Positions 44,290 through 58,450 of a stretch of DNA of 64,000 bases are shown here, in pieces. Location: contig OX597817.1 in assembly GCA_951406725.2 (NCBI GenBank), forward strand, positions 27,466,001-27,530,000, written 5' to 3'. The translations under genes were made by a program, and so were the position numbers. Each line of letters starts with the position of its first letter. The stretch's first letter is position 1. Origin of the DNA: Octopus vulgaris (Eukaryota). The notes beneath the pieces were generated by a model. It was not told where the DNA came from. It did no database searches and worked only from the letters and a program-made list of their open reading frames with translations.

Positions 44290-44650
44290 CCGGTCCACGT
44301 TCATTACACCTCTTCAACTCATACCAGCGGAGCTATATCACGAAATAATGTGTAAAACCATTTTCTCGATATGGTGTAAGTTTGACCATTCTGTGATATA
44401 ATTTCAGCTGAATAACCGGAATGTGACATACGCGATCTAATACTGAAGCTAGCAATGCAACAGAAGTAAGAAGAAGACACCATCGAGCAACAAGAACCAA
44501 GAAACTAATGCCTTATTCATAAGGTCATCACCATTTTCCTGGAACGGTGCATAAGATTTTACCAAGACCTTTATCTTCCACGTTTCAAATTCAATATTCA
44601 GGAATATGTCTTTTCGATGATGTCATTTGATAGCTAAGTCATATTAACAA
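44290..44650 (-). mobile_element. Possible second mariner remnant
   Basis: Weak minus-strand traces (FQENGDDLMNK; LRWYEL..GVM.VD.L) resembling the mariner catalytic region. Confidence 0.3.
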
Positions 44651-46244
44651 TAGACTGGTTTGTCTTCATCGGGGATCTAACGAAAACATTGAAATGGAGC
44701 AAGTGATTGATGCTGATGCAAACCTAAGTATATATCGATTATTGACTATTTTGCATTCTTTGTTGCTCTTCTGATTCAAGCATACGGTCCTTAATAAACT
44801 ACTGTCAACAAGTGTAAATCTAGCAAATTTCTCCCACAGGTGTAATGTGTGGAGAACATAGGCGGTATCCAAGATAAGGAAATATGATCTAAGCCAAGAA
44901 ACAAATTTTGTTAGATAATATGGTCGATATATTTCAAATATCATGTTTTTCTAAATCTATCATTCGGTTTCCATGTTTCCGATAGCTAAAAAAGAATAAT
45001 TCGAGCAAGCATAATTCATATTTGATTGTAAGAAAAGAAAATGCATTTCTTTCATTCTATTACTTATTTCTCGTATTTTCTCTTTCATTTAGTAATCTTT
45101 CCATCTGCAACCAGATCTAAAGATTTCCTTCCTCATGAAAATTAAGATGTTACAAAGGAAATATAGCAGAGTTTCAATGTTAACCCTGAATAATTTGTTC
45201 TTATTTTGAATGACGCCCCGCAATATATATATATATATGATATATATGATATAAATATTGCATTGAATTTTCTTGAGATGCCTTTTGTATTTGTTAATAT
45301 TGATATGCCTCATCAAAATGTATAAACTGAAGGAAATATTTCATTTGTGTCACACTAAGGTATTCACATTTTGGGTGAGGTAGCTAATGTAAAGAAAACT
45401 TTCATTTCATATTTTCTTTCAAACGTGCGCGCGTCAGTATGTGTGGTTGCATGTATATTAAGCCAATTATATTGCAGAATTAATGCTCCATGTTTCCAAT
45501 AATACTATTACGCAGCTGAAATCGATACCATATGTTTGCTGGTGGAAATTTAACAAGAATTTTCTCTGATGCTATCACTGTTGTCAATTTAAATGTGGTG
45601 CAAAACACGTTTTTTCTTTGATGATATTCTATGTTTCAATGTGAGAAGAAGATTATGTCGAACAGATGCAATGCACATTAAGATTCATAGGACATTAATT
45701 AATAATTCACTTTCTGCTATAAAAGTCAGAATCTGATGGAGAAAATGTTCTCACTATGTCAATGAATTACGCTTGCTCATGATCCAATTAGGGTGAGTAA
45801 AAGAAGCCGTTTAAGCTATAGAAGTCATACATCCTTTAAATCCCAGCTTACATCTTAAAATAAATAATGTAGTCTTATATATATAATAGCTGAAGAAAAT
45901 TGAAAGCTAATCACAGGAAAAACATCTTAACCATTTTAAACACGACCCACCTGAGACTAAGCAATAATTTGATGACTAAGATTGCCTTTCAAATGAATTA
46001 TGCATTGTATGCTATTATTTTAGAAGCTATTCAAGAGAGCCAAACAAGAATTAAACTAATTCTTTACGCAGTTGACACAGAGAACCTTGATGCATTCCTA
46101 AGTCTACTTTCAAACACACAAAGACAGTTTTAGGGATGCAGGAATTGAATCTACTTCATGTCATATGTTAAGTGATTAGTATTAGAGACATCATAGACTT
46201 ATTTCTAATGGTATTTTCTAAATTTTGTTAGAGTTTTGCTATTT

Positions 46245-46690
46245 GATCGTAGGATCCTGGTTTCGATTCCGAGACCAGTGGTGAGTTGGGTTCTTCAGCA
46301 AAACACTTGATTTTACGTTGACCCAGTTCATCCATTAATAATTGGATATCCCTCTAACGGATTAGCATCCTGTTCAGGAAGTATGTTAGCCTGCTTGCCG
46401 TCCGGCCATTCATATGCTACAACAATGTGGGGAAGTGCATTGTGACCAGTGGAGTATAACAATATCTTATAATCTCGTCAACGAAAGGAGTTTCTAAATG
46501 ATGTGATGATAGGTTATTGTGCCGGATAAAATGGCATTTGTTCTGACTATTTAAGATCGGAGTTTCGATTCCGCCTAAGGCAACATTAAACTTCACCTTT
46601 CTGAAATAAAAAAAAATAAATAAATACACCTGCCAAGTTCTGTAGCCGACATATTTGACAGTAATCTTTCTTGAAATTGCGTCTATTCAA
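46245..46690 (+). mobile_element. Two adjacent, strongly decayed SINE fragments
   Basis: GATCGTAGGATCCTGGTTTCGATTCCGAGACC...CAGCAAAACACTTGATTTTACGTTGACCCAGTTCA (tRNA head plus CORE-like domain), then GTTTCGATTCCGCCTAAGGCAACATTAAACTTCACCTTT (family D-like). Confidence 0.5.
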
Positions 46691-47395
46691 CAAATCATTA
46701 TTTTGTAAATATTAACGACGAACGCTAAACAAACCATCAGAGAATTGTTTTGCTTTAAGCAACAAACAAGAAAATTTGTACAAAATACTTCAATATATTC
46801 AAGATAGATGTCTTAACTAAATGCCTTCCTAATTTGCGGTCCCTCGTGGAAGTTTACAACAGATTTGAGTTTTCAATTTAACAATACTTTACGTATTTTA
46901 TTCAGCTTTATGAGAAAATTGATTTATTGCTTGCTAATGCAATAAAATAAGTTAAAAACGTTACCAGTTAAAATACAGAATCTGACATTTGCTAAAAATA
47001 TCAGATACCAACAGAAAAAAGGCTTTTCTTTATAATGCAAAAGACATAACTTTATTTGAATTTTTTTGTAGTTGTTACTCTGTTGCTCAACATGCTGTTT
47101 TTTATCTTGTGCTCTTTCTTTCCCCGGCATTTAAAAAAAATATTTTTTCATTTATTTCCTTTACAAATGTTCCATTAAAATAATATATATTTCGTCTGTA
47201 TACATTTTGTATCACAGTTTGCATACATGCATAATCGCAAAGGATATACGAAGATATTCTCACACTCACACATGTATACGCATAAATACATACATATAGT
47301 CACTATATAAGTATAAATTACTATATATATGCATGCGCGTGTGTATGTATGTGTGTGTGTATAAGTGTGTATGTGTGTGTACGTGTGTGCGTGTA

Positions 47396-47433
<38 letters not shown>

Positions 47434-48811
47434 TCTAGGGCTGGTAGTATTGCCTCTCTTCCCCACAACGCCTGCTTTAATAGGAAATTTAAATATAGAG
47501 AAAAGAACAAAATCGTTTCTCTGAATAACTTCAAAATATTCACAAAAGAATTTTTCGCTGAAATGTAAACAAAAAAGTTTTACCAGATGGAAAAAAAGAA
47601 AAAAGGAATATCTACAATAGTAAATTAAAACTATAAAGATAATAAAATACCAATATGAATTGGGGTAAGATATGAAATAATAAAATATAAAGGAAGATAA
47701 ATATACGTTACAAAACTGTTTTTTGAAAATTATTCAAATCAGTCTATATGCTAATTAGTTTAGGATGATTGATTGGGTCTACACACTGTGAAGCGAATGC
47801 TATTTTCTGTGGGTTTTGGGGTGATAGTGGTGGGGAATTGTATTCTTCTTGCTTTTATCGGAAAGCAACATAAAGGAAAAATGAGTAGACTTAAACATTA
47901 TATATAATATGAACTTCCTACAGATGCGACTGGAATTTATCGATATGAAAGTGAAATATCAAGGAAGAATTATGTTCAAGATTACAAAGGAAATTTTTCT
48001 TTAAAAAAAAAGAGAGAAAGAAGCGGGAGAAAATGTGTGTTTAATGTTTTGGAAAATAGCTTTCTTCAAATCGGATATATTTAATAATTTTCGAAATCGA
48101 AATAAAATCTAGTGAAAACCATAAGAAATTGAATCAGGTATATATACACTTATTCAGTCATATTTTACGTGTTCTTTTTTGTTTTTTGAGGGAGAATAAA
48201 GAGTGGGTAGAGTTGTTTTCTGTTTTTTTACTTTGAAAGTCTAAGATAATTTGAAAACGTAGTCATATTTCGTCGCTTGAAATAATGATTTCCTTTGGAC
48301 GTGGCAGTGAGAAATGTCACACTTTGTAGTTTAGCGTAAGTGAAAAAGTAAGGCACATGAATTGGAGTCAGTTTTACACGAAATGAAAGCCTTTGATGAG
48401 ATCTGACTCCGATTCTAATGTCATCAGAATCATATTTCTTAAATGTATGTTGATCATATCATTGGCATCGACATTAATATTACGAATATAGATTATAACT
48501 ATGAAATATAGCGTCCTTGTTTTATAGGAAATTATTTATTGCGTTAGTGTGTGGTGAGATACTAGTTCAAATCCAAACTAGATAGCTTTTCTCATACTGA
48601 GAAAGCGTGTATTAACTTAATTAGTATAAATTAAAAAACGATGGTGAATACGTAGCACATATTTTCAATTGTGCCGTTTGTATTTATAACATATATATGT
48701 ACACACGCACAGCGCACACAAACATACACACACAAACACACAATCACACTCTCACAGTGAGAGAGAGAGAGAAAGAGAGGGGGAAAGAGAGAGAGAGGAA
48801 TAGAGTGTTTG

Positions 48812-49959
48812 TATTGGGTTAAATAGTTCGTTCGATTTTCGTGACCCTAAACTTGAAGCACTCAAGCAAGTAGTTAACTTCAGTCTGCCCCTTGCCCATG
48901 CGCACTCGTTAGATACTTGGCACTTCGCCGTAGTTCTATACGAACGTTCGACTAGAAAGGTTGTAGTTTGTGTGCTTTGGATAGCAATGAGGACAGAGAA
49001 CCAAAACAAACATTAGTGATTCTTCATGCTTTATATTTTATAAAGGGTAAGAAAGCAAGGGAAACTTGCAGAAAAGTAAATGTGTACAGAAAGGATGTTA
49101 TTACAGAACATGTGTGCCAGAGCGATTTTCAAGATTTCGATTGAAAACTTTTCCTGTCCATAGTGCACCTTGCTTTGGTCGGCCAACTGAGATTAGTGGT
49201 GACACAAACCTTTGTTATGAGACCAGGTTCCAGATATTCTCCAAACATCCAAATCAAGAGTTGAAAATAATCTGCGTCAACTTGGTTATATCAGCCCTCA
49301 CCTAACGGATTTCCATCTGCGATTCTTTGCAAAAACGTGAAGAGAATGGTGACAAGAGACGGAAAATGGATGTGAAGCTGAAAATGAGAGCGCAGCGGCC
49401 ACCACAAGCAATCTCCAAAGCATGATTTACTCAAAGGTTATGCGTTCAGTATGATGCGATTCGAAAATTGTTGCTTTTTAAGAGCTTCTTCTCACAGACA
49501 GGACCATCAGTTTGGATGTATACCGTGACCAACTGGACAAATTAAATGTGACAACCCACCAGAAGCGTTCAGTACTTGTTTATCGTAAGGAATTGTCTTT
49601 TATGCCGAGAATGTCAGACAGCACACTTCTTTGCTAATGCAATAGAACCTGCTGGAGATTGGTTGGGAAGTTTTGTCACAGTTTGCATATCCGCCCAATC
49701 CCGAGGCTTCAGATTTCCATCTGTTTCTTTCTCCTCAAAATTCATTGAACGGACTGACCGTCAACTCTGAGGAAGGTGTAAAAATTACCCTGGAAGAGTT
49801 TTACGCCAATAAAGACAAGAAAAAGTAGGTTTGCACACAAGATAGCAGAAAATACTGGAACAGTAGTTATATAAGAAATTGAATTAGTAGCTTAGCGTTG
49901 AAGACTTGAGTCTTATTTTACCTTGAAAAACGAACAGAATTTTTTTTTGTAATCCAATA
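48812..49959 (+). mobile_element. Near full-length fossil mariner transposon
   Basis: TA-flanked degenerate TIRs TA-TTGGGTT... and ...AATCCAA-TA. Transposase traces KGKKARETCRK, SAPCFGRPTEI, RISICDSLQKREE, MVTRDGKW and AYPPNPEASDFHLFLSPQNSLNG (cf. YSPDLAPSDYHLFRSLQNSL). Confidence 0.85.
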
Positions 49960-50379
49960 TACATGTCTGTATGTGTGTGCGTGAGTGCGCACGTGCATGT
50001 GTGTGTTTGTGTGTGTATGTGTATGCGTGTGTGTGAGAGTGTTGCGTACAGTCACGTCGATTTCGATATATGTTGGTCCTAGCCATCTGTCAATTACCTA
50101 ATTCTTCTGTCTCCGATGATACGTTACACCGACTTCAATTTTACAAAGTCATAATCTGTGCAGATAACAGCACGATCGGAAACTCTGGGGGACAATTTGG
50201 ATGTTATGCTCCTGTTTTCCTTCTTTCTCCTAACTTTGCAGAGCGAATTGTTTTATTGTATTGTATCATGAAGTTCTTCATAATTTTGCGCTCAGTAATT
50301 TGTGTCTTACTTTTGAATGAAGCGATGGATATCTTTGAATTTGATAAATTTGTTTTCAGTTTATCTCCGTATATTAAAA

Positions 50380-50800
50380 GCCCTCTCCCAATACACTGAA
50401 CACTTTCTTAATGTTAGTTGCCATGTAGAAATTAGAGTAGATATTCCTCATTCATCTGAACTGCGTGTCCGGTAGACCTAAATTAAGACTGGTTATAAAA
50501 AGCTTCCATTTTAAGTGCTAAATTTCTTAATAAAGATTTATAACAATCTTCGTCATTCCACGTAAACCCATAGATATTACTCAAGTAGTTTTCACCAATA
50601 CAGTAGCCAGGACTTTCTGATACCGATTGATTCAGACAATTCTCCGGAGACAAGTACAAAGTTCAAAGACTCATCAAAAGAAATAATAATGTGGAAAATA
50701 TTATTAAGTCCAGCAATTTTCTTTAATGTTTCAATCGGTGCCTCTTAGGTCACTGCATCAAACATTTTGCGAAAGCCTAGAAAACAACGTAAAATTCCTG
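50380..50800 (-). mobile_element. Possible very old PLE RT remnant
   Basis: Faint collinear traces on the minus strand (FDAVT...PI; L.NI.M; VYR...SNF); directly adjacent to the family B pLTR-like copy. Confidence 0.25.
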
Positions 50801-50984
50801 AATTCTCTCCTGTATCCTTTATTTTCAGCCTGTCTCAAATAATGTATCATGTCATACCCTTCATCTGACCTAAAACCGCATGGTTATTCTGAATTAATGT
50901 CTATCAATAAGAGTAATTATTCTGTTAATGAGGATATGTACCAGAATATTACCGGCAGTAAAATGAAAAGAAATTATGAAATAT

Positions 50985-51234
50985 CGTGAAGTATATTTGA
51001 CACTTAAATGTGGCTAACCTTTAAGGGTGGATGCTATTGTAGCTTGTAGCCCCAGGAGGACACCTCCTCCTGCTGGCTATTTACACAGTTTCTGTGCCCT
51101 AACTGTATTTGCAAAGGGAAGCCATCATTCCCATCTCCAACCTGACGTGATACACACGGTGCCGAGTTTCTGGGTACTGACCCGTCATCAGCGTGAGACA
51201 ATCAACGGTTGTCGATGTTAATTGGTTCCCAATG

Positions 51235-51240
<6 letters not shown>
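50985..51240 (-). mobile_element. Repeat family B copy 2 with a degenerate hammerhead (51150-51195, minus strand)
   Basis: Minus strand: CACG-CUGAUGA-C GGGU CAGU ACCC A-GAAA-CUCGG CA CCGUG-UG. Core and stem II are intact; the cleavage triplet and 3' stem I are damaged. Adjoins (TA)n. Confidence 0.7.
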
Positions 51241-51287
<47 letters not shown>

Positions 51288-51342
51288 TTTTTCCAGTGAC
51301 GAAAAGTCACTGATCTCGAAAAAGTTTGAACAAGCAATAATA

Positions 51343-51443
51343 TATCTCTGAGATAGGTATAAACAGTAGCTGCACGATATGGTGAAGTATATTTGCCACT
51401 TAAATGTGGCTAAACCTTAAGGGTGGATGCTACTGTAGCTTAG
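51343..51443. mobile_element. Repeat family B copy 3 (partial, same orientation as copy 2)
   Basis: TCTCTGAGATAGGTATAAACAGTAGCTGCACGATATGGTGAAGTATATTTGCCACTTAAATGTGGCTAAACCTTAAGGGTGGATGCTACTGTAGCTT. Confidence 0.75.
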
Positions 51444-53459
51444 ATTTATTATTAAGTATGAAATAGTTATCACAAAATATTGTATTCGGAGAATTCCTAA
51501 ATGTTCTTCCCATTTGCTACAGATAGAATCTCATCTGTTTTCTATGGCCATCATTTTTCTTTCCCGTTTATTGAAGTTCTTTTGTACTAGTCTTTCGAGA
51601 TTAAGGCAACTGTTTTTTTTTTTTCGTTGAGCATTTTTACACAGATTTCGAATTATGTCTAATTTGTAAAAACGTAACTTCAAGTCTGTTCTCTCTTAAA
51701 TAACCCTTACGATGGATAACAAGGTATTTCAAAGGAATCACAATATGTTGCTTCGTTAAAACACGCACTAGATTTTCTGTTCTATTTACATTTGGATGAG
51801 TTGCATCTAATTTATCTAATAGCTCACGTTTCCTGTTCTTAAACTTGAAGTATTCAATAATTTGATGTCACTGATTTTATGTTTTGAAATTTTGAAAGAC
51901 ACTTTGTAGTGCAATAAAGAGTTATCTGACAGCCGACAGGTGTTATGGATTAAACGAGTGAAACGAACATAATTCTTATTTCGTTTTCCGGTGATTATGT
52001 AATCAATTAACTGTTAGTCCTTTGACCGAGGATGCATGCAAATTGTTTTCTGGTTATTTGCTTGCTAGAACAGAGAATTCGTAACAAAGATAACAAATTC
52101 ATTACAAAAAGACAGCTGACGCGGTCCAAAGCATTTTTTCTTTTATCAACAGTGTTTCCAACTACAGAAAAATTATCACCACAATGGAGCTGAAGCTGGT
52201 GTTATAATCAACACACTGTAGGACATTGTCATTATGAGAGGGCTATCAGAATGTGAACTGTCTTTGTTGGGTTTGTTACATTGTTGGAGAGCAACAGCTT
52301 ATTAAATATGCAGGGTTCCCTTTTTTATACTTTTAATGACATAAGTTCTCCCTCAGAATCCTCTTTCGAAATCATAACGCAATCAGTTAGACCGGGAGAA
52401 TTGAATATAGTTGTGTGTCAAGAGAAATTTTTGTAGCAAACTCAAAACGAAGCTAACTTTATTTTCTTCCTTGTCAACTAAATAAAAATGCATTATCTAT
52501 TTATTCAAGCTGGATTAATCCAATTCATGAAAATATGTTCCACTAACAGCAGAAATGGCAATGCTTTATTTATTGGACACCTGTCAGGTGAGCCGTGTTC
52601 TTCTTAAAACAAAACTATTTCCTGAAACAAAGCAAATTTCTGAGAAGACATTTTTGTATGTGCATTTCCACTTCAAAATCCTGAATAATTACCACATGCA
52701 GTAAACAATGTGACAAACATGAGTATGAAAGTTTTAGGGATCCTTTTGTCACCCACATCTTAGTCCATGAAAGCAGTAAATCCACTGAATACATTTGTTT
52801 CATCACCAGGTGAGGACACGGAGCAGGATGCGTACTTTATATAATTTATACAGAAGGACTATCACTCGTATGTCGTTACTGTGGAAAATACCAAAATGGA
52901 TTCTAGTAATAGTATTTTACATTGTACCCGTCCTGTATCCGCATTGACTGTGGGTGCGTTTGCAAATATACAATTGAGAGAAGGGGTTGAATGACAATAA
53001 GTACGAAGAGAACCAATAAATTACCCCCCACACCTAATTGATTATAGTGGTGAGGACTAGTAAATATCCATACACAGAAGTTGGTCATACAGATAACATG
53101 CTGATGAAAAGTATGCAACGAAAACCGAAGACATCGGAATAACCTATCTCGTACAAAATGCACCAACCAAGGCTTATCAATTGACCTACAGAACAACATA
53201 TTGCTCTACAGACATCAAACTACTTGAAAATGATACAAAATTCGCCTCTATTCACACATACAAATGCTCACACTCTTACTCACACTTACGTACACGCCCA
53301 TATACGTGTGGCTAACGCATTTCCTAGATAAATACTCAGTCGAGGACAGCCTCTATCAAAACTAGTATTACAACGCACGCGTTTACCATTTCGCGGATTT
53401 ATATGTTTAATAAACTATTGCTAGATACTCTCAGACGCTGAGAAGGATTTCGTGTTACC

Positions 53460-53665
53460 TTTTATCCTTTATCTTTGTCTTTCATTTGTTTCAGACTGCG
53501 GCAATAATTGGGCACCGACTTGAAGAGTTTAGTCGAACAATTCGACCCCAGTACTTATTCATTTAAAGGTGGTACTTATTCAATCGGTTTCTTTTGCTGA
53601 GTCACTATGTTGCAACGAACATCAGAATGAAAGTGGAGGTAGGGGACAAAGACTCACGCAAAGAC
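53460..53665 (-). mobile_element. SINE 3' fragment (family C-related)
   Basis: TCATTTGTTTCAGACTGCGGC...GGGCACCGACTTGAAG...TTCGACCCCAGTACTTA...GGTACTTATTCAATCGGTTTCTTTTGCTGA matches, in reverse complement, the 3' part of the 59340 SINE. Confidence 0.55.
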
Positions 53666-53689
53666 ACGCACATAAATACATACATAGAC

Positions 53690-53704
53690 ACACATTTATT
53701 TATA

Positions 53705-53772
<68 letters not shown>

Positions 53773-54110
53773 TGTATGTGTGTATATGTACGTATGTATA
53801 TATACCAATATACATATATTCGCATATATATATAAATGTATTAATGTGTCTATATATATATGTGTGTGTGTATATATATGTGTATATGTATATATATGCA
53901 TATATATATATATATACACACATATATATATACATATATATATACATATATATACATATATATACACACATATATATACATATATATATAGCGAGAAACA
54001 AACAGACAGACAGACAGATAGACAGGCAGACAGAGACAGAAACAAACAGAAAGAGACATACAAACACGCATGCAGACCTAAAACACACACCTCACACATA
54101 TGCATATGCA
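53690..54110. repeat. Compound TA/TG/GACA microsatellite
   Basis: Directly visible; explains the 237-aa ORF at 53594-54307. Confidence 0.9.
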
Positions 54111-54559
54111 TATTCTACACATTTATGACGCTCTCTGCCGTTTTTGTTTTCGTATTAATTATGCAGCCATATTTATATATGAAGCATATATATGTTTGTG
54201 TGTATTTGCTGTATTTCGTTTATTTGGTTTATTTGTTGTATTTGTACTCATTCACTCCTGATGTTTCTAAATGCTTTCAGACTAATCGATATGCAATGAC
54301 AAAATGACAATCAACCACTGATTATAATTTGTATAGATTCATAACCTCTGTGAATGCTCTGTTAACAGAAAAAGATGCCACTATTACTTCTTCCCATTTT
54401 TCAGCATTTTCGACGCCCAGGTGATATTTCTTTGGCCAAATTTCAACTTCCATTTGCTATACTATCGTATTCTATTGTAACGTAAAATTAACACCAAACT
54501 TGCTTTCCAAACGCATCCGCCACTACACTGGTTTTGTTACTGTTCATTTTTATTCTAAT

Positions 54560-54775
54560 ATTAGTTTCCAAATTTACACAAGGCCAGCAATTTCTGAGGA
54601 AATGGTAAGTCGATTACATCGACCCCAATGTTCAACTTTTATTTATTTTATCGACCCGAAAAAGATCAATGGCAAATCGACCATGGCAGTATTCCAACTC
54701 AGAGTCTGTAGACGGACGAAATGCCGCTAAGTATTTTGCCTAATGAGTTAATGACTCTACCAGCTCACCGCCTTA
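54560..54775 (-). mobile_element. SINE family D copy
   Basis: Reverse complement of the 29203 copy (ACACAAGGCCAGCAATTT...GTCGATTACATCGACCCC...GACGGACGAAATGCCGCTAAG...CAGCTCACCGCCTT). Confidence 0.75.
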
Positions 54776-55015
54776 AACTTTTGCATTAATACTGAATTTC
54801 TTCATCAAGGTACTTCACCAATTTTTCCGGAAAGCCAGTTGATTGTAACCTCTCTAAGTGCTGTAAATAAATTGTCGAACGTGCTTTTACCAATCGGCAT
54901 TGCTATTAATCTGGTTTAGTCTAGTTATAATGGAGCAGATCTTTGATCTAAGGATGTTCAGCCATGACCCTCCCATATGTTTGAAAATACTTTGTGCACA
55001 ACTATAATATTATGA

Positions 55016-55230
55016 AGTTAATCCAAACAAGAAAGCACAAAAGAAAAACACAACAACGCGAGGACGTGGAACAAATATAGTATTATTGGACGCTCAGGAA
55101 AGAAGGAAAGAAAAAGGGTTTAACGTTTCGAGCGGAGCTCTTCGTCGGAAACATAGGAGAAGGAAAGATCCAGAGAAGGGAAGACGGAGGAAAAAAATCG
55201 CCAACGGTACACACGGGCTCACATTTTGAA
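55016..55230 (-). mobile_element. PLE pLTR-like repeat with a variant minimal hammerhead at 55118-55152
   Basis: Minus strand: GUUU-CCGACGA-A GAGC UCC GCUC-GAAA-CG-UU-AAAC. Stem I GUUU/AAAC, 4-bp stem II, palindromic ACGU stem III; the core has a U4C change. Confidence 0.6.
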
Positions 55231-55509
55231 AGACCGGAAGAAAGAGGAAGCTAGTATTTCGAGGAGATTGCCAAGCAATTCTTGCAGGTAAAACCAACAC
55301 GCACAGGGATCACATTTAGTTATTAATTGTTTGGTTATATGTCATGTATCATAAGGATTATTTTCATGAATCGCGCCAAATTAATGATGATTACGTAATA
55401 ATGAGTGGCATTATTATAACAAAGACAGCGTAAGGCCGCTTTAACATGGAATGGCATGCGGAACCAAATTAGTGATGGAGATACATGAAAACATGAATGA
55501 ATAAGCGAC

Positions 55510-55625
55510 AAGTGATGCTCTGAGTTCAAATCCTACCGAAGTCAACTTCGGCTTTCATCCCTATGGAGTTGATAAAACGAAATACCCTTTCACTTACTGA
55601 CATCGATGTAATCAAAAGCGCCTTA
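55510..55625 (+). mobile_element. SINE family D fragment
   Basis: CTCTGAGTTCAAATCCTACCGAAGTCAACTTCGGCTTTCATCCCTATGGAGTTGATAAAA. Confidence 0.6.
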
Positions 55626-56339
55626 AACTGCTAGTAACGTCGGGAGACACAAATCTCATGTTGACGAAACGTGCTCATTAAGCACTGACTATATCGGCTG
55701 ACGAACTGAACATCTATCTGCACCGTTGGATAGTACTACCGTATCACGTAATATCACTCTATCAGGTCATTTGCACAGAGTGCCAGGACGAAAATCAGTC
55801 GAAAACGTAAGGAATATAATTACATATATACGTGTGTATATGTCTGCATATCTATGAATATAGACATACGCATATAATGTATAAATATATGTGTGTGTGT
55901 GTGTGTTTGTTTGAGAGTGTATAGTATAGATATTGTATATATATATACTTTTTACGATCCGTTTTGATCGAAAACCACCCCCTCTTTATTCTTTATTTTT
56001 ATTTTATTTTTATTCTCCCCCAAAATAAAAGCTCTACTTTGTAATTTGTCCCCCCTGTGTAGCTAATAAAGAAACATATATGTACGTATATGTGTGAGTG
56101 TAAGTATAATAGTGCCGTGTGGGAGAGTGACTATCACTATTTTCTTTCTCATTCCGTTTCCCTCACCCTGTTACCCGCATGATACGACGAGCATCAGGTC
56201 CCGTGTTAATCACAGCAACCCTCATCACCACTAAAACAGCTTTCACTGGTTTTTCTCTTTTCCGACTACATCTCCTTTACAACACATCTCCATTTCTTCG
56301 TTTGTCTATTTCCCAGTGCAATGACTTAATTGATGAGGC

Positions 56340-56355
56340 TGTGTGTATGTGCGTG

Positions 56356-56427
<72 letters not shown>
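56340..56427. repeat. (TG)n microsatellite
   Basis: Directly visible. Confidence 0.95.
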
Positions 56428-56430
<3 letters not shown>

Positions 56431-58229
56431 CTTTGATTAACTGTATATGTCCGAAAGCTTGGATTTTGCAGCTTATGTAAAATCACCTCAGATGTTTAAT
56501 TGTGACTCGGTAATCTAATTGTCTTTTGTTAAAAGACAGTTGTATTCAATTCAATTGAAATTAAAATATCATGATACCATTTGGACAAATATTTCATTTA
56601 TTGTGATATGAAATATATTTGCAAAGAGATACATAACGTATAACATAATTCATAATATATAACATGAAAGAATGAATTCGATTTAAAGCAAATCTAATTT
56701 TCAATTTCCTAACGGTCTACGATGACATTGTTTTCACAGTAATTATGTCGAGACAAATATATAGCTTAGCTTAAAATGCATCGGATAAAGTACTTGAAAC
56801 ATATCCAGAGATATTATTTGAATTATGAGAAAATTTCAGGCAATATATGCAATGTAATTAACTAAAGAAAACGAAGAAAATAAATATCTGTAAATGTTCA
56901 CCTAATGAAATAATCGTCAGCCCTATGCATGAATCTTGTGGGATTAGTTAATTTCATTAAACACACCACTAATCATTAATACTCATATATACTCTCTTGA
57001 GACAGAATATCCAGTTACCTTTTCCAGCAATACCTGAAATTCATCTCCGAACTAGGGATGTGTTATTACTATCTCAATTTACGACTGTTCTGGTTTGCAA
57101 CATGTTACAAGACAGCGAAATTACAAAACGTAGGACGCTAAATATGGAAATGATGTATCCGTATGTAACTGCGAGTAACAGACGTGATGGGGATTAATGA
57201 ATGTATATACGTATATTTATTCCACAAAAATAATATATATAAAAGAAATACTTTCAAAATCAAGAACGCTTATATTGTAGGCTTATAAAGAAACCACTCT
57301 CACGGCAAATAGATAACGTAATTATAATCTTATTAACAAATCGCATATCTCATTTCCAAACTATTATGGAAACAAAAATAAGTAATTCGCTAGATAATAC
57401 TATGAATCCCTCAAAATATATAGATGATATTAACTCTCATTGACAAAATCTGTTCGCTTTGCTGCAAACAAATAAAATACCGTAAAAACACCCTAAATAA
57501 TTATTTTAATGGACACTATAAACAGCGTAACTATTCTTCCTCCAAATCCAGAAAACATGACACATTGCAATTTGTTAAAAATATTTCTAGTATTTCTAAT
57601 ATTGATAATATTTCATGTAATACTTCCCAGTTTGCTTTCGCTAATCTTAAGCTCCACAATATTTTTCTATTAGCGTAATGAGTGACTCTCTCGTCTTATT
57701 CAAAACAATAAGAATATATCAATTAATTGTACCAGAATAAGTAGGAAACAGAATATTACGTTGTAAAGGGTTTCATTTTCCAAAAAGGTCAAAACGATCA
57801 TTGCTGACTTATAAATTATTAAACATAATCTTCCTCAACAACATATATATTGTGTTGTTCACTATCAATGGATAAATTTTATGTGGAAGAAATGTATGCT
57901 TGTTTATTTTTATAACATAAATATGAATGCACCAATCCATATACACACACGTATATACACACACCAGTAAGTTAAAAAATGAAAGGATGTTACCTTCAGC
58001 ACGAATAGTTGTCTCGATCTTAGTAATGCATATACATTAGAAGGGTATTACTTCGCACAAACACAGGTATATGTATGTATGTATGTATAAATAATATACA
58101 TATATATATAGAGAGAGAGATAGATAGATAGATATGCTTTATTTAGAGCAGCAGAAAATTCAACATATTACTCTATCACTGGTATTTGAGTACTCCGGTA
58201 TATAGATAGATAGATACATTAATTTTATG

Positions 58230-58289
<60 letters not shown>

Positions 58290-58294
<5 letters not shown>

Positions 58295-58450
58295 CTCTGA
58301 ACGAGGTATAGCCAGTAGCTGCACGACAATGTGAAGTATATTTGCCATCTCAATATGGCTAACCACTAAGGGTGGATGTTACTGTAGCTTGTAACCCCAG
58401 GAGAACATCTTCTCCAGCTGGCTATAGGCACACTCTATGTGCCCTATAGG
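58290..58450. mobile_element. Repeat family B copy 4, between (TA)n tracts
   Basis: AAATCTCTGAACGAGGTATAGCCAGTAGCTGCACGACAATGTGAAGTATATTTGCC...GGAGAACATCTTCTCCAGCTGGCTAT. Flanked by a direct repeat TACATTAATTTTATGTATTT (58215-58234 and 58471-58490). Confidence 0.75.

Noticed and set aside
53098-53145. CTGATGA...GAAA hammerhead-like match
   Set aside because: No stem II pairing and no UH triplet closing stem III.
53594-54307. 237-aa ORF and the many other [16 protein letters not shown] ORFs across the window
   Set aside because: These are translations of stop-free microsatellites.
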